DNA from: the human T2T-CHM13v2.0 reference genome, Homo sapiens
Strand: one strand, 5' to 3'
DNA length: 64,000 bases
NCBI RefSeq assembly: GCF_009914755.1
Contig: NC_060932.1
The notes below the pieces were generated by a model. The model did no database searches. It worked only from the letters and a program-made list of their open reading frames with translations, and was not told the origin of the DNA. The position numbers and the translations under genes are program-made. Within the stretch, counting starts at the first letter, position 1, and each line of letters starts with the position of its first letter. Shown piece by piece: positions 42,167 through 56,870 of the stretch.

Positions 42167-44655
42167 CTGGGTGTCAGCCCTTGCTCTGTGGTGCCCAATA
42201 GGGTTAATGACATTTGTGTGGCTGTGCGTCTCCTCTCCTCCGAATACACTGTGCTCTCTGAGGCAGGAGCCCTGAAGGAAGTTCTCTGAATCACCTAGCA
42301 CATCTAGGGCAGAAGCCCCCTCAGTCCTTGTCTTTTGCTTACTCTTCTGGGTCTTTTTCTGTCATCCAGATCTTGCTTTTGCTGTGGAGGAAGAAGACAA
42401 GAAACTCTAAAGGAATTGAAAAGATGAGATACGATCTGAACCTGAAGAAGTGGGCAATTTGTAATTGTCAGAGAAACAGATGTGCACTTCCAGCCCGTGC
42501 TGCTGCTGCTAAGGTGCACCCACTCACAAACCCACTTCTCTGAGCACATGACTCTGCTAGCTCCATGGGGCTCTGCAGGGAAGGAGTGAGGGAGGGGGAA
42601 GAGGCAGAGAGCTGGGTTGTCTGAAAGCTTTCTCCAGGTCTTGCCTTTCTCTTCCCTGGAAGCCAATGCCCGTGAGGTCATATCCATCACATTACCTCAG
42701 AGATTGTCAGGATGGACCCAGTTCCATCACTCTGAGGCTGAGGGTCTGCCAAACCCCATTGAGGCTGTACCTGGGAAACCAGACCCTGCCTGTCTCTTTA
42801 GGATCTGGGCGAGTCCATCCTCCCTCCCTTCTCCCCCATGAGGCACCAGTGTCCTGATTGTATCACAGCTTCAAAATTCCCTGACTCATGCCATCCTCGA
42901 TTTTAGAAAAGAGCTTATTCAAGTGGTGTAGGCTGCACACTCCACCCCCTCCCACTCAATTCAGCGATTGAATTACAGCACCTGTGTGTGGCAGAGGGGC
43001 CAGGGAAGGAAGGGGCTGGGGAGGCGGAGAGGGGCTCCTGGAACAAGAGGGAGAGGCCCTTGAGGCAAACTTGTGATGATCTCGTTATGAAAGGAATCTC
43101 TTGGTGCCCAAAGAATGGCTGGCCTTTAACCCCACGTGTGGGCTGGTTGGAAATGAGGAAGACCTCTGAGGTCATCCAAGTCTGCTAGGGAAATGCAGCC
43201 GAGCTGGGAAGGAAGGTATCCCCTACCCCCATCACATTCTGATCTGGGCTGTTCTCCCACACTTTTAGGTAGCCAGGCTATCATGTGATTTGCTAGTAAC
43301 CATAGCAACAAACCTTGTTTCATGAAGTATATGGAGAGCAATCCCACAGAAAGAGATCCGTGTTGTGCTTTACCCAAGGGCAGCTTGCCTCCAACTCAGT
43401 CTGTTCTCCATTACTGCTGTGGCAATTGTTGTTGTTGAGGAAATGGCAGTGATTTGCTCTTTCTGAGCTGGAGACATTGTGGATATTGTTTTGTTCCCCT
43501 CCTGCTACTCGTCTCCCTATTTTGGAGCACAGTCTGTGAAGACGAAAGACAAAAATAGCTCTCTCCAAGGGAGGGGATGCTAATGCATTTTCTGTGCTTT
43601 CAAAGACTGGCTTTTTGATTGTAAAAACCTCCACCTCCAGTAACTTAAACCTGGTAGCAAGTTCTGCTCTCTGACCACAAGAGAAAGCACTCGTGACAGC
43701 CACTGGGGTTCACACACTGCTGTCTGCCATGAGAAGCCACAGAGAAGTGGTCTGTGCTAGGAAGACTGAACAGCAGTGAGCGGGGGTGCACGCCCACCCA
43801 ACTGCAGGCACCGCCACTCTACGGCTCTCAGGCAGAGCTAGAGGAAGTGGCTCAGATATTCTTTGTTGCAAGCGAAGGGCATAATTATAATTTGGCGAAA
43901 CACCCGTTGTTAAGTGATCCAGCAGCCAGCAGACAAATGACTGCTGCGGAATAATGTCTGAGCACGCACAGCGGGCCCTCCGAGCTGCCCATCAATCTGC
44001 CTTCACAGAGACAAGCCAGTCAGGTGCTGCCTTTGTAGGAGAATGCCATTCCTGACTCAGCCATGTGCCTTCTGTGTGACCTTGAACAAGTCACTTAGTC
44101 TCTTTGGGTGTCAGTTTCCCCATCTTTAAAATAGGCAGAGTGATTTTTGGGTAGCTGTTCTCTCTGGGTTTTGATAACAATCATATTTGATAATATGGAG
44201 AAAGTACTACCATATGGAAATTAAAAGGAAAGTACTTCAAAACTATAATCACTACAAAATATCATTATCCTTCTTTTAGCTGTGGAAATATCCATTTCTA
44301 AAGGATTCAAAAAGTCGGAACAAATAAGTAATTAGGTCAAAAAGTAGTGCCAAGCTACAGAAGTTACCACTATGTGGTTTTCAGCTAACATTTAATGAGT
44401 GCAAAGCCAATTGTGTATTTCATTTCATCTTCACAACACTTCCATGGGTGTCATTGATTTGCATTTCACAGATGACACTCAAGTTCACGTAGCCAGTGAT
44501 AGAACCAGGATCCAGCTCCTGGCTAGTCTGATTCCCAAGTCTAGGTTGTTAACCTGCTGCTGGAACATTGTGCTGGGGCCATTTCATTGGAAACATTCTC
44601 TGTGCTGTTGGAGGGCGGTTACCAGGTGGTTTCCTGGGAGCTCATAGAGCAATAT

Positions 44656-44656
<1 letters not shown>

Positions 44657-44698
<42 letters not shown>
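44657..44698. repeat. (TG)~21 microsatellite
   Basis: Read directly. Confidence 0.95.
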
Positions 44699-44700
<2 letters not shown>

Positions 44701-44994
44701 TTATGTTTATAAACAGGAGGCTGCCTTGCTTCCTTATTTTAGGGTCACTGATTTGTCCCATGCTAACACGACCATCTCTTAGGGTCTTCATGGAGAACTT
44801 CTAGCTCAGCCAAGAATTTTGTGCCTGACCTGGTTTTGATGGTGGGAACAGAAGTGCTGTTAGTGAGTGTGCAAAGCCAGAAAAACGGAGTCTTGTGACA
44901 CCATTGTCGAGGCAGAGAAGCAGAGTCAGCAGGTGAAAAGTTGGGGCACCCTGGTTCCATCCCCTCGGATTGTCTAATCTCACTATACTGGTCA

Positions 44995-45363
44995 CATGTG
45001 CCCTTGCAGAGTCACTCTAGACTCTTCTTGTCCTTTTATGGCCTGGTGGGCTCATCCCCTGGACCACATCAACGAGCCTCCTTGCCCTTTGTTTTCTGGT
45101 TGCATTTGGGTGATGGGGAGCCTTGGCAGGAGAAAAGTGAGGCCAGGGTATTATTCTCCCGGTTCCCTCTCTCCTGGGTGGCTAGGGTTGGCTGCCCTTC
45201 AGTGATAAGGACTTCCAGCTGTTGCTAGCCCTGGGGTATCATGTATCCCTTGCAAAGTTTCTTACCTTGCTTATACTTTTATAAATGTCCCCTTACTAAA
45301 CTCTCCTCCATTACCTAGCTGAAGTGTGCTCATTGGCTACCTGATGGGACCCTGCCTGATACA
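44995..45363 (+). mobile_element. LTR33-like (ERVL) solo LTR
   Basis: 'cctccttgccctttgttttctggttg...actaaactctcctccattacc...gggaccctgcctgataca'. Confidence 0.6.
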
Positions 45364-45719
45364 GTAGGACATAGGACCTGCTTCCTAGGACTATTGTGAC
45401 AATGAAATGAGTGAATACGTGTAAGGCAGGTGCTCCATGTAGCTAGCACATGGAAGGGGGATTAGCCCTCTTTCCCAGTGCATTTGCAAACGCCCTCTGC
45501 AGGGCTATAGTGTGGCCAGCAAACACTGTGTTTGGCGGGGTAGTTTGTCCAGTAGCCCCACCTCCATTCTCTCCCCAGTTTTGGCTGGCTTCCAAAGGGA
45601 AACGAGCACATTCAATAATGAAGTCGTGATTTGTATACTGGGAAAAAGAGAAAAAAATCCATTAAGTTCACTGAAGGTGCAAATGAAGGGTGAAGAAGCA
45701 TACACAGAAGTATGTATAT

Positions 45720-47330
45720 ATTTATTTATCCTAAGAAAATATATTAAGCACCTGCCATGTGCAAATGATTTGGCAATGAATAATATAGATGTGGCCCCAT
45801 GCTCTCATAGAGCTCCAAGAGGAAAGACTCACAGTGAAACAGAGGATACTGAGCAATCTTTTCCCTTGGGTAGATGAGGTGTCCACTGAGTTTGAAAGGT
45901 GAGTTGGTAACAGCCAGATTGGGGATAGGATGGTAGAGAGGCAGGGGAGCCTCTTGGGCTGAGGGGATCCCATAGCAAAGAAGAACGTAGCTGCAGAACA
46001 ACCAGCAGAGCACGGAGTGTGACTGTGAGTTGCACACAGAGGCTGGACCCTGGCAGAATTTGTCTCTTGTATCAAGAAACCTGGACTGCAGTGAGGACTT
46101 TACACAGGGGAGAAACACAGTCAGATTTGGGTTTTAGATGGATTCCTCCAGCTATTATGTGAAGGACAAATTTAAAGTAGGCAAAACTCCCAACTTCTGG
46201 GGAGGCTTAATAGTCATCAAACTGTTGACAAGAAAGTCCCCAACAAGGTCAAGGGTCCAAGTGATAGGGAAGAGGCAACTGTTTGAAGAAATACTCTGAG
46301 GGGTAAAATCTCAGGACTTAATAACTGATTGGCTTTGGGATATGAAAGAAAGAGAATAATACTCCTTGCCCGCCCCCTGTGTATGCAGATGATGGATGGA
46401 TGGTAGGCTACCAACTGAGATGGAGAACGTAGAAGAAAAAGCAGATTTGGGAGGTGTGGTGGCTCTTGTCTTGTCTATCTGGGACCTTGTGCACTTCTGG
46501 CCCCACTTTGATAATGGACCCCAAGAAGTGGGGTCATGATCCAAGCCAGGCCTGTCAAATTCACTCCTGGGAGCTTGAATCTATACAGTGACCTGGTTCT
46601 CACCCAACAGTCACCAGGTTATTCAGTGATCCCCTTGATTCTAGGAACCACCCTGCAGTCCTTCCAATTAATAAGCTAGTTGGGATCAGTGCCTGTTGCT
46701 TGCAACCAAAGACTCCTAGTGGACAGATGAAGAGTTCAGTTCTGGATCTGATGAGTTTCAGGCCCATGTGACATCCCTGTGATGACCAGCAGCTCCAGGA
46801 AGTATGAATCACAGAGGAAAGGTCTGGGCTGGAGTTATCAGCATATGAATCATGGTTGAAACTAGGAAAGCATCAGACCACCAAGAGAGAGAATAGCAGT
46901 GGGCAGAGGGTGGAGTCCAGGAGAACAAGTAAAAGCTGAGGGGAAGAAAACAGGAGAAACGGGAAATTAAATGGTCAGAGAGGCCAAGGAGAACCAGGAG
47001 AGCAGGATTTCCTAGAAACCAAGAAAGTAAGAGTTTGAAGAATGAATAGTTGAAGATTTTACATATAGCCGAGAGGCTAAAGTAAACTAGGGGCTGAACT
47101 TTGGACTTGAAAAGTAGTTTGTTGATGACTCATGGGGCAATCTCACCAAAGGGAGGAAGATGGAAGCCAGGCTGTGTGAGGTGGCAACGTGCATGGGAGG
47201 TGGGAGGCGAGGAATTGGAGGGAGTGGGTTTGGGCAGTTTTAAATGAGAGATGAAAGAGACAAGACAGTCCTGGGGGGAGGTGGGATCAAGGGAGGGCTT
47301 GTGTTAGTAACTGCAGTAAGGATTAGCCAG
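45720..47330 (-). mobile_element. L2 fragments with an intervening MLT1-like piece (~46520-46720)
   Basis: 'tattaagcacctgccatgtgc', 'agtcagatttgggttttag', 'ggaaaggtctgggctggag', 'gagaggccaaggagaaccaggagag'. Confidence 0.6.
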
Positions 47331-47746
47331 ATGCAGAAGCCTTCCACCCAAAACCTACTACCGTGTGGTTTGAGTGAATCAGGACTTGAATGGTAATGAT
47401 AACCCCAACCACACAGAGCACTCTTTCCCAGGTGGGAATTTTGCCTGCTGTCAGATGCATCATGACTAAGTGCTGGGGGGTGGGAGGGGCTGATGAGAAT
47501 TTTGGAAGTATATCAGCTGGTAGATTTCTTGTGCTACTCATGCCTGACCTAGTTTCTAGACAGGACAAAAGCAAAACAATAACAATAACTAAGTGAAGAA
47601 AAAGAGGACAAATTGTGTTTGTTCTTTTGTATTCAAGTTAAAAATCCGCTCCCCACCCCAAAATTCAGGAAAAAACAAATGTCTCAGAAATTAGTATTAA
47701 AAAGGACAATAACTGCTCTTAGGTTAGAGTATGAGAATATATTCCT

Positions 47747-48042
<296 letters not shown>

Positions 48043-48451
48043 TTAGCTTGGCTGCTTCCTTGTGCTGATTAATGTTTCATAGATATATTTATTGGCAAAG
48101 GATGGATGAAAATACAGTTGAACTAAGACAAGTTTTTAAAAAAATTATTAAACATTTATTGATATTATAAAATTTATATTTGCTCATTGCAGAAAGTTTG
48201 GAAAACACAGGAAGACATAAAAATAGCCTGAAGTCCCACTACTAGTAATAACATTTTGGAATATTTCCTTCTAGGCTTTTCGTCAAGTAGCACATCCAAT
48301 TTTGACAGCTGTTTTCATGGCAGCACCACTAAGGTCAATTGCAAGGCTGGCCTCAGGAGATACTGTACAACAGGGGCCTCATATACTGTGCGAAGGGAAG
48401 GGCAGAGGGTGACACAAGAAGAAGAAAAATCAATCTGAATGGTCTAGTTTT

Positions 48452-48738
48452 ATTTTATTTATTTATTTATTTATTTATTTATTTGAGACAGAGTCTTGCT
48501 CTGTCGCCCAGGCTGGAGTGCAGTGGCTCAATCTCGGCTCACTGCAACCTCTGCCTCTCGAGTTCAAGGAATTCTCCCTGCATCAGCCTCCCGAGTAACT
48601 GGGATTACAGGAGCCTGCCACCATGCCCGGCTAATTTTTTGTATTTTTTAGTAGAGATGGGGTTTTGCCGTGTTGGCCAGGCTGGTCTTGATCTCCTGAC
48701 CTCAGGTGATCCGCCTGCTTCAGCCTCCCAAAGTGCTG
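48452..48738 (-). mobile_element. Alu (AluS-like), 5'-truncated, (TTTA)n tail, TSD atggtctagtttta
   Basis: TSD visible at ~48439 and ~48739. Confidence 0.92.
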
Positions 48739-49403
48739 ATGGTCTAGTTTTAACATCTATGGCAGAAAATAGCAACAAGAGAAAGCCTGGGTATGCCCCA
48801 GAGTTAGATCTGGAACCCAGATCTCCTGATCCTAGGATCAGAACTCTTTGCATCGTCAGACAGGTGTCTGTCATATTACAGGTGTAGATGTTTAAGAAAC
48901 CTGACATCCTAGTCCATTCCACTCTACATTTCCACGTCTAGGCTATCACTCTTATATGAGTTGCTGTGGTAGATTGGATTATTGTTCGCTATTCTTTACT
49001 CGTCCTTTATGTGATTTTGCAATGTCTTCTGGTAGAGTTGGCCAATACTTTTTTGCCCCTTTGTCTTTGGACTTAACCATGTGTGATATTGTGAAAGATA
49101 CATATTTGGTATATTTGGTCTTGGTCCCATTTCCTGGCATACAACTCCTAAAATACTTCGAATTTTCAAAGTGATGTGTCTTGTGTGCTAATAAGCTGAT
49201 TATGGCTGGCAGCCCCTAGGTAGCTTTGGGATGGGGGCTGGTCACTGGAGAGACCAAGGCAGGATTACAGGGGTGGAACTTTCAGCCCCAACCCTCAACC
49301 TCCTGGGAGAGAAGAGGAGCTGAAGGTTAAGTTGTCGCCAGTAGCCAATTAATTGTGCCTATGTAATAAAGCCTCCGTAACAACCCCATAGGACAGGGTT
49401 TCT

Positions 49404-50030
<627 letters not shown>

Positions 50031-50204
50031 AGGACAGGGTTTCTGGGGAGCTTCCAGATAGCTGAACACGTGGAGGTTCGTGGAGGGTGGTACACCCAGA
50101 GAGGGCATGGAAGGTCCATGTCCCTTCCCACATACTTGCTTTATGTATCACTTCCATCTGGGTGTTCATCTGTATCTTTTGTAATATCTTTTATAATAAA
50201 CCAG

Positions 50205-51249
50205 TGTTGACAAAAAGAGTCAAACTCTATGAAATATTTGAAGAGATTTATTCTGTGTCAGGCCTCTGAGCCCAAGCTAAGCCGTCATATCCCCTGTGAC
50301 CTGCATGTATACATCCAGATCACCTGAAGCAACTGAAGATCCACAGAAGTGAAAATAGCCTTAACTATTCCACCATTGTAATTCGTTTCTGCCCCACCCT
50401 AACTGATCAATGTACTTTGTAATCTCTCCCATCCTTAAGAAGGTTCTTTGTAATTCTCCCCACCCTTGAGAATGTACTTTGTGAGATCCACCCCCTGCCC
50501 ACAAAACATTGCTCCTAACTCCACCGCCTATCCCAAAACCTGTAAGAACTAATGACAATCCACCACCCTTTGCTGACTCTCTTTTTGGACTCAGCCCACC
50601 TGCACCCAGGTGAAATAAACAGCCTTGTTGCTCACACAAAGCCTGTTTGGTGGTCTCTTCACACGGACGCACGTGAGACATTCTGAGCCAAGCATGAGTG
50701 ACCAATGGCCCACGACAAAGCCCTCTGGAGACTCTGAGAACCCATGTGTCCGTGGTGGTCAGGATGCAGCTTAATTTTTTATACATTTCAGGGAGACATG
50801 AAACATCAATCAGATACATTTAAGATATATATTGGTCCAGTTCAGAAAGGTGAGACAACCCAAAGGAGGTGGGGTTTGAGGTTATAGGTAGATTTAAAAT
50901 TTTTCTGATTGGCAATTGGTTGAAAGAGTTATTACCAATAAAAAGGAATATCTGGCTTAAGATGAGAGGTCATAGAGACTAAAGTTTTATCATGGAGATG
51001 AAGGCTCCAGGTAGCAGGCTTTAAGAATAGACTGTAAATGTTTCTTGTCAGACTTAAGGTCTGTGTTGATGTTAAGCTGGTTGGCTTTTCCTGAATTCCA
51101 AAAGGGAGGAGGTCATAATGAGGCATGTTCGACCTCCCTCCAGTCATGGCTTGAACCAGTCTTTCAGGTTAAATTTGGAGTGCTCTGGCCTAGAGGAGGA
51201 GGCCCATTCAGATGGTTGAGGGGCCTTAGAATTTTGTTTTTGGTTTACA
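50205..51249 (-). mobile_element. MER4A-type ERV1 LTR split by LTR7B
   Basis: 'aaaagagtcaaactctatgaaatatttgaagagatttattctg|...|agccaagcatgagtgacc...gggccttagaattttgtttttggtttaca'. Confidence 0.85.
50256..50680 (+). mobile_element. LTR7B (HERV-H) solo LTR
   Basis: 'tgtcaggcctctgagcccaagctaagcc...aatgtactttgtaatct...tgaaataaacagccttgttgctcacacaaagcctgtttggtggtctcttcacacggac'; perfect 5-bp TSD ttctg. Confidence 0.92.
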
Positions 51250-52292
51250 GCAGTAACTACAAGAATTTTTCCCAAGTTCTGTGAGCAATACTAACAAATT
51301 AATCAAGTGCAAGGAGGAGGTCATGGAAGCCTCAATTTACAGCCAATTGGAGAGAAGTATAGGAGACAACCTATTACTTGCGACTGGTCGTCTTGTGAGG
51401 CTGAACCCTCACCCTGTGGCATCTGATGCTATCTCCAGGTAGATAGGATCAGAATTGAATTGAATTAGAAAATTCTGCTGGTGTCTGCTGCAGAACTGAT
51501 ACATTGGTTGCTGGTGGGAAGAAATCCCCACATACTTCTTGGTGACCAGAGGTCACAGAAGTCTTCTGTGTTTATTGTTGAATGAGAGTATAGGAGCAAC
51601 TGATTTTGTTGATCCCTATATTCTCAAACCATGTAACTCACTTCGACTCATAGAAACATTAGTAGAAGTGATGTGAGCAGAGGCTTTAAATGTGCTTTTG
51701 GGGCTTGGCTTTGCCTCTTGCACTTCTGCCATCTGCCACAAGATGAATCTACCTGAATAGCCTCTGGTCCCAGAATGAGGCGACACTTGGAATAAACCTA
51801 AACACAACTAGTAGCCTGGAGCCAAGTCTGTCTGGTTCCAGCCACCCAAGAGAGTCACAGCCAACCTGCACACCCATAAGCAATAAATATTTATTGTAGT
51901 AATGGACTGAGATTATGCGATTGTTTGTTACATAGCATTATAGTAGCGGACATCTGACTACGATAATTGCTCACATGTGAAACTGTAATCACTTTTTACA
52001 TTTGCATTTCCTTTATCCCCATCGCTAATCCTTGTCAGGTCCTCTGAAGCTCCTTTGAATCATCTTCCGTATCTCTTCCCTGATTTCCATTGCACCATCA
52101 TCACCCTTCATCACTTCATAGTTGGGTTCTTGCAATGGCTTCCTTAATGGAATCTTATTTCTTCCCCATCCAATCTTTTCTACACAGAAGTGCTAGCATG
52201 AACTGCCTTACAAAGTCCTTGCACAACAGGAAAACTCTGCTTGAAAGCCTGAAAATGCTTCCATCTTTTAGAGCCAAAACAGCCAAGCAATT

Positions 52293-52677
<385 letters not shown>

Positions 52678-52979
52678 CTATTCTTAGCCTAGGGTCAGGT
52701 AAAATTATTTCCCCTGCTTTTCATAGCTCTTGCCTTTTATCTTTTTGGGATGGTCCTAGTGATTATGGGTCACTTTAATTTTTCTCAAATCATATTTTAG
52801 AAGCAACAGATAGAAGCTTCGCCTTGCATCAAGGGCAAACTTTTCTCCTTGATTTGCAAGCCCTTTCATAATTTGGCTTCACCTTATCCATTATTTGACA
52901 CAAAATAACAACACTTATCCAACACTTACGGAATTGCTTATTGTGTGCCAGCCATCACTTTAAGTGTTCTGCACATGGT

Positions 52980-53805
52980 GTAGGTTAAGATTAGGTTCAA
53001 CCATGAGTAATAAGGAGCCCAAATAACAGTGGCTTAAATAAGATAGCTATTTTCTCTCTCTCATGTAAAAGCACAGAAATAAGTAGCCAAGGACTGGTAT
53101 AGTGGCTTTACTCATAAAGTCTTCAGGGACACAGGTTCCTTCTTCAGGGACACAGTTCCTCATTCTTAGGGTGTTGTCCTCATCCCCACAGGCCAAAAAA
53201 GCAACTAGAACATCAGACATCACATCCACCTTCCAGACAGCAGACTAGACGGTGCAAAGAAAAAAAGGGAGTAGAGTATATACCAAACTGGTGTGGCGGC
53301 TCACGCCTGTAATCCCAGCACTTTGAGAGGCCGAGGTGGGCAGATCACTTAAGGTCAGGAGTTTGAAACCAGCCTGGCCAAGATGGTGAAACCCTGTCTC
53401 TACTGAAAATACAAAAATTAGCAGGGCGTGGTGGCACATGTATGTAAGCCCAGCTATTCAGGAGACTGAGGCATAAGAATCGCTTGAACCCAGGAGGCAG
53501 AGGTTGCAGTGAGCTGAGACTGTGCCACTGCACTCTAGCCTGGGTGACAAGCAAGACTGTCTCAAAAAAAAAAAAAAAAAAAAAAGAGTACATGCCAGCT
53601 GCCCTTCCCAGGTAGCTGCCAGATAGCATCTGCTTATAATTCATTGGCCAGGCACAGTTATACAGCCACACATAGTTGCAAGGGAGGCTGGGAAGTAGAG
53701 TCTTTATCCTGGGCAGCCATTGGCACAGCTGAAAACTGGGAGTCTATTACTATAGAAAAAGAAGGAAGAGGGTAGTGTAGGATTACTGACAGCCTCTGTC
53801 TCAGA
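52980..53805 (-). mobile_element. MLT1I/J-like LTR interrupted by a + strand AluS-like element (53289-53585)
   Basis: 'aacagtggcttaaataagatag', 'ttgcaagggaggctgggaagtagagtcttt'. Confidence 0.7.
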
Positions 53806-54494
53806 TATATCCAGTCACTTAATCCTCCAGACAATGCCTGCAGATAGATACTATTCTTACGCTCATTTTGAATATAGGGAAACTGAGGCACAGAAAGGCT
53901 AACAACCTTGGCCAAGGTCATACAGCTAGAGTGAACTCAGGAGACTTGCCTCCAAAGCCTGTGTTCTTTGCTCCCCGTCACACAGCTTCCACGGGCGCGA
54001 GTCTGGCCCACTTGAGGCCCAAGGAAGTGCATGCGTATTCCCTAGCTGTGCCTTCAGCCTCTCCTCTCTTTCTAGAAAGCTGTATTCTGTTCCCTCCCCC
54101 TTCCTTCCGGGCTGGGGTTCAGGCTCTGCCTGCTCCTGGTTCTCACTGATGTCCTCAGCATCTTCCCCACTGTGACATCATTTTGTGGCTTACAAGCCCT
54201 GAGAGGAAGGGCCAAAGCCTTTATGCAGCATCCGGGCATTTAAGGAGTGCAACAGAGGGATGTGGGCGAGGGCGCCACCACTGGAGGACCTCCAGTCATG
54301 CCTCCTCCTGTTCGCCCCCCACCAAGGGATCTGCTTGACAAAGATGGCTGCCTATGACTCTGATTCTTTAGACAAGGCCCTGCATGGCTGTTAGGAGTTA
54401 GAAGCTTCAGCTCCCTTGGTCTGGAACACAAACTGGTCTCCTGTAGAATTTGCTTAGTGGGGGCAATGCTACTATGGAACAGACATGAAATATC

Positions 54495-54556
54495 ATTCTT
54501 AAAACACAAAGCAACAACAGTATTCATCAAAGGAAATGATTTTTATTGTTACACAA
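54495..54556 (-). terminator. Canonical polyadenylation cassette (UGUA - AAUAAA - GU/U-rich downstream element)
   Basis: Minus strand reads tttTGTGTAacAATAAAaatcatttcctttgatgaatacTGTTGTTGCTTTGTGTTTT; AATAAA at 54547-54542. Confidence 0.65.
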
Positions 54557-55117
54557 AACATTTCTTGTCAGAGCACACATAAATCTAGACAGCAGCTGCA
54601 TTTTCAGAACAAACAGATGAAATACCTTTGGTGAACTGTGAGTTGGGGAAAACAAGTCACCTTATTTTAAAATTTGGTAATGTGTTTACTGAGTTTAACA
54701 GAAATCAAAATCAGGACAGAGTGAGAAAAAACATTTCTGTGGAAACAAAATGCGTTCTCATGAGCACAGCCTATTGTGATGCTTATTATTTTACACAGAA
54801 AGAAGAAGAACTGGGTTCCATTTCCTGGGCTTGGGAAAATGCAGCAAACCCTGACCAATGCAAAGAAGGGCTTCCTGGGTCTGCCTCTTAGTCTCTGAGC
54901 TAACAGTGCTCCCCAGCTGCCTTCTGACAGACGCATATACCAGCTGACACATCCGGGAGCACACAGCTCACCTGTGTGTGCACAGGGCAGAGCCAAGCCG
55001 GGTTTATTCTCATCACGTTGTCGCTCCCACAGCCGCTCCTTCCAGTTCATTCTCACTGCTTCCATCGGGGCTACTGTGGTAGTCTGCCTGTCTTCGGGGC
55101 CTCCACCCCCACCCCAC
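54520..55117 (-). other. Candidate terminal exon / 3' UTR of a minus-strand transcript
   Basis: Repeat-free, U-rich on the minus strand, ends at the poly(A) cassette; the possible acceptor 'ggttgtag|G' at 55118 is weak. Confidence 0.45.
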
Positions 55118-55371
55118 CTACAACCACACCGCCATTGAGGCTTAAAGGCTGACCTTTACCATCCACCCTTGAGGTGTACATTCTTACCATTTTTCTTGAT
55201 CATTTTCAGAAGCGGAGGACACTCTCAAGTCCGCCCATTCCTTCTTGAAGGGTTCTAAGTTTTTCTATTAAACCCAAATCTGTGTTTCTCATAACATCCT
55301 CTCGGCTGAGATATAACTAATTAATCAGCTCCCTCTTCTAGAGCGTTTTCCTCACATAGAATTCTTTCTCT

Positions 55372-56110
55372 TTGTGGCAGACTGGTAATTCTCCTCCACA
55401 TTGTCTGTTTCACCCTTCTTCAAAAGCAACAGTTTTAGCTGGGTTTGGGGTTACCTAGCATAAGACCATATTTCCTAGAGTTCTTTCTGCTGGGTGTGGC
55501 CATGTGACTAAGCTCAGGCCGATGTTATAGGAATAGAAGACATGTAAGCAACTTCCTGGTGATGTTTTTTTGTTTTGTTTTTTAAAGAGATGGGGTCTCA
55601 CTATGTTGCCCAGGCTGGAGTGAGGTGGTGTGATCATGGCTCACTGTATCCTCCAACTCCTGTGCTCAAGTGATCCTTCCACCTCAGCCTCCTGAGTAGC
55701 TGGGACTATAGGTGCACACCACCACACATGGTTAATTTTTAAATTTTTTGTAGAGACAAGGTCTTGCTTTCTTATCCAAGCTGGTCTCAAACTCCTGGCT
55801 TCAAGCTATCCTCCAGCCTCGACCTCCCAAAGTGCTTGGATTACAGATGTGAGTCACTGCACCTGGCCTGGCTATGTCCTTAAAATGACTGGGTGGTACG
55901 TCTAGTTCTCTTTCTCCCGTTTTTCTGCCTGGGAGATGATGAGAACTGGAGCGGTCATCCTGAGCTTACAAGGGGAAGCCTTGTGTTGAGGAGGGCTGAT
56001 TAACTGGACTTGGACCACCTGCCTACCTCGACCGTTGTGAGAAAAATTAACTGCATTGTGGTAAATCCTTTGCATTTTGGACTCTTTCTTACAGCAGCTT
56101 AGCCTGTACC
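55372..56110 (+). mobile_element. MLT1I/J-like LTR interrupted by a minus-strand AluJ-like element (55565-55868)
   Basis: 'tgtggcagactgg...gggtgtggccatgtgactaagctcaggcc'. Confidence 0.7.
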
Positions 56111-56399
56111 TCACCTCCACTTATGAGCCTACTCATTCTGCAAATATTTCACCAGCCTAGAAAGAGCTTCTCCATCCTCTGAATCCAAAGCCCTTTGACC
56201 TGCCTCTTGTGTTTGGCCTCACTATTTACCTGGTACTACATTTGTCTGTGCATGAATCTTACCTGCTCTTTGCAGGCCAAAGAGGACAGGGGTAAAAGCT
56301 TAATCGCTTTCTATTACACAATGCCTAGCATATTGCCTTGGACAATGATTGGTTCCCAATAAATGTGTTGAATGAAGAAAGATGATTCTTCATTGTCTG

Positions 56400-56870
56400 T
56401 ATACATGAATGAATTATAACAAAATTAGAAGCTAGTGATATTTGATTAAATAACCATATCTAAAAACTACTAGATAAGAGATTACTGTCAAGCTAGAGAA
56501 TGAGGTGCCAAGTTGGCAAGCTACTGGTTTTTCTCCTGTTCAACATTTGTATCAACAACTTCAATGAACGATAGTCAATATACCCATTGTGCCTGTGGAT
56601 AACACAACGGGAAGCCAAAAAAAAAAAAAAAAAACTAGATAAGAGAGTCAAAAATCAAAAAGATCTGTACAGACAAGAATAATGGATGAAAATTAAACAT
56701 TAACAGAAAAGTTCTGAATATCAGTTCAAAAGTAGGCAAAGGGAAATAATGGAAGAGAAGTAGTTTAATTAAAGACTATGAAAAAGGCTTAAGGATTTTA
56801 TTTGATTGGAAGTCTGGTATCAGTTAAGAATACAATGTGTTGGCCAAAAAATCCTAGTGCAATTCCAGGC
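56400..56870 (+). mobile_element. L3/CR1 LINE fragment
   Basis: 'tcctgttcaacatttgtatcaacaactt', 'aaaatcaaaaagatctgtacagac', 'gaaaaaggcttaaggatttta' resemble the CR1 RT region. Confidence 0.55.

Noticed and set aside
48339-48887. 182-aa ORF
   Set aside because: Mostly antisense Alu ([11 protein letters not shown]... is the standard Alu artefact) and has a non-ATG start
54270-54290. CTCF-like word on the minus strand (ccagtggtggcgcc)
   Set aside because: The left half does not align to the core consensus without a gap
54667-55065. 132-aa ATG ORF on minus inside the candidate terminal exon
   Set aside because: No recognisable domain and UTR-like composition; kept only as part of the terminal-exon finding
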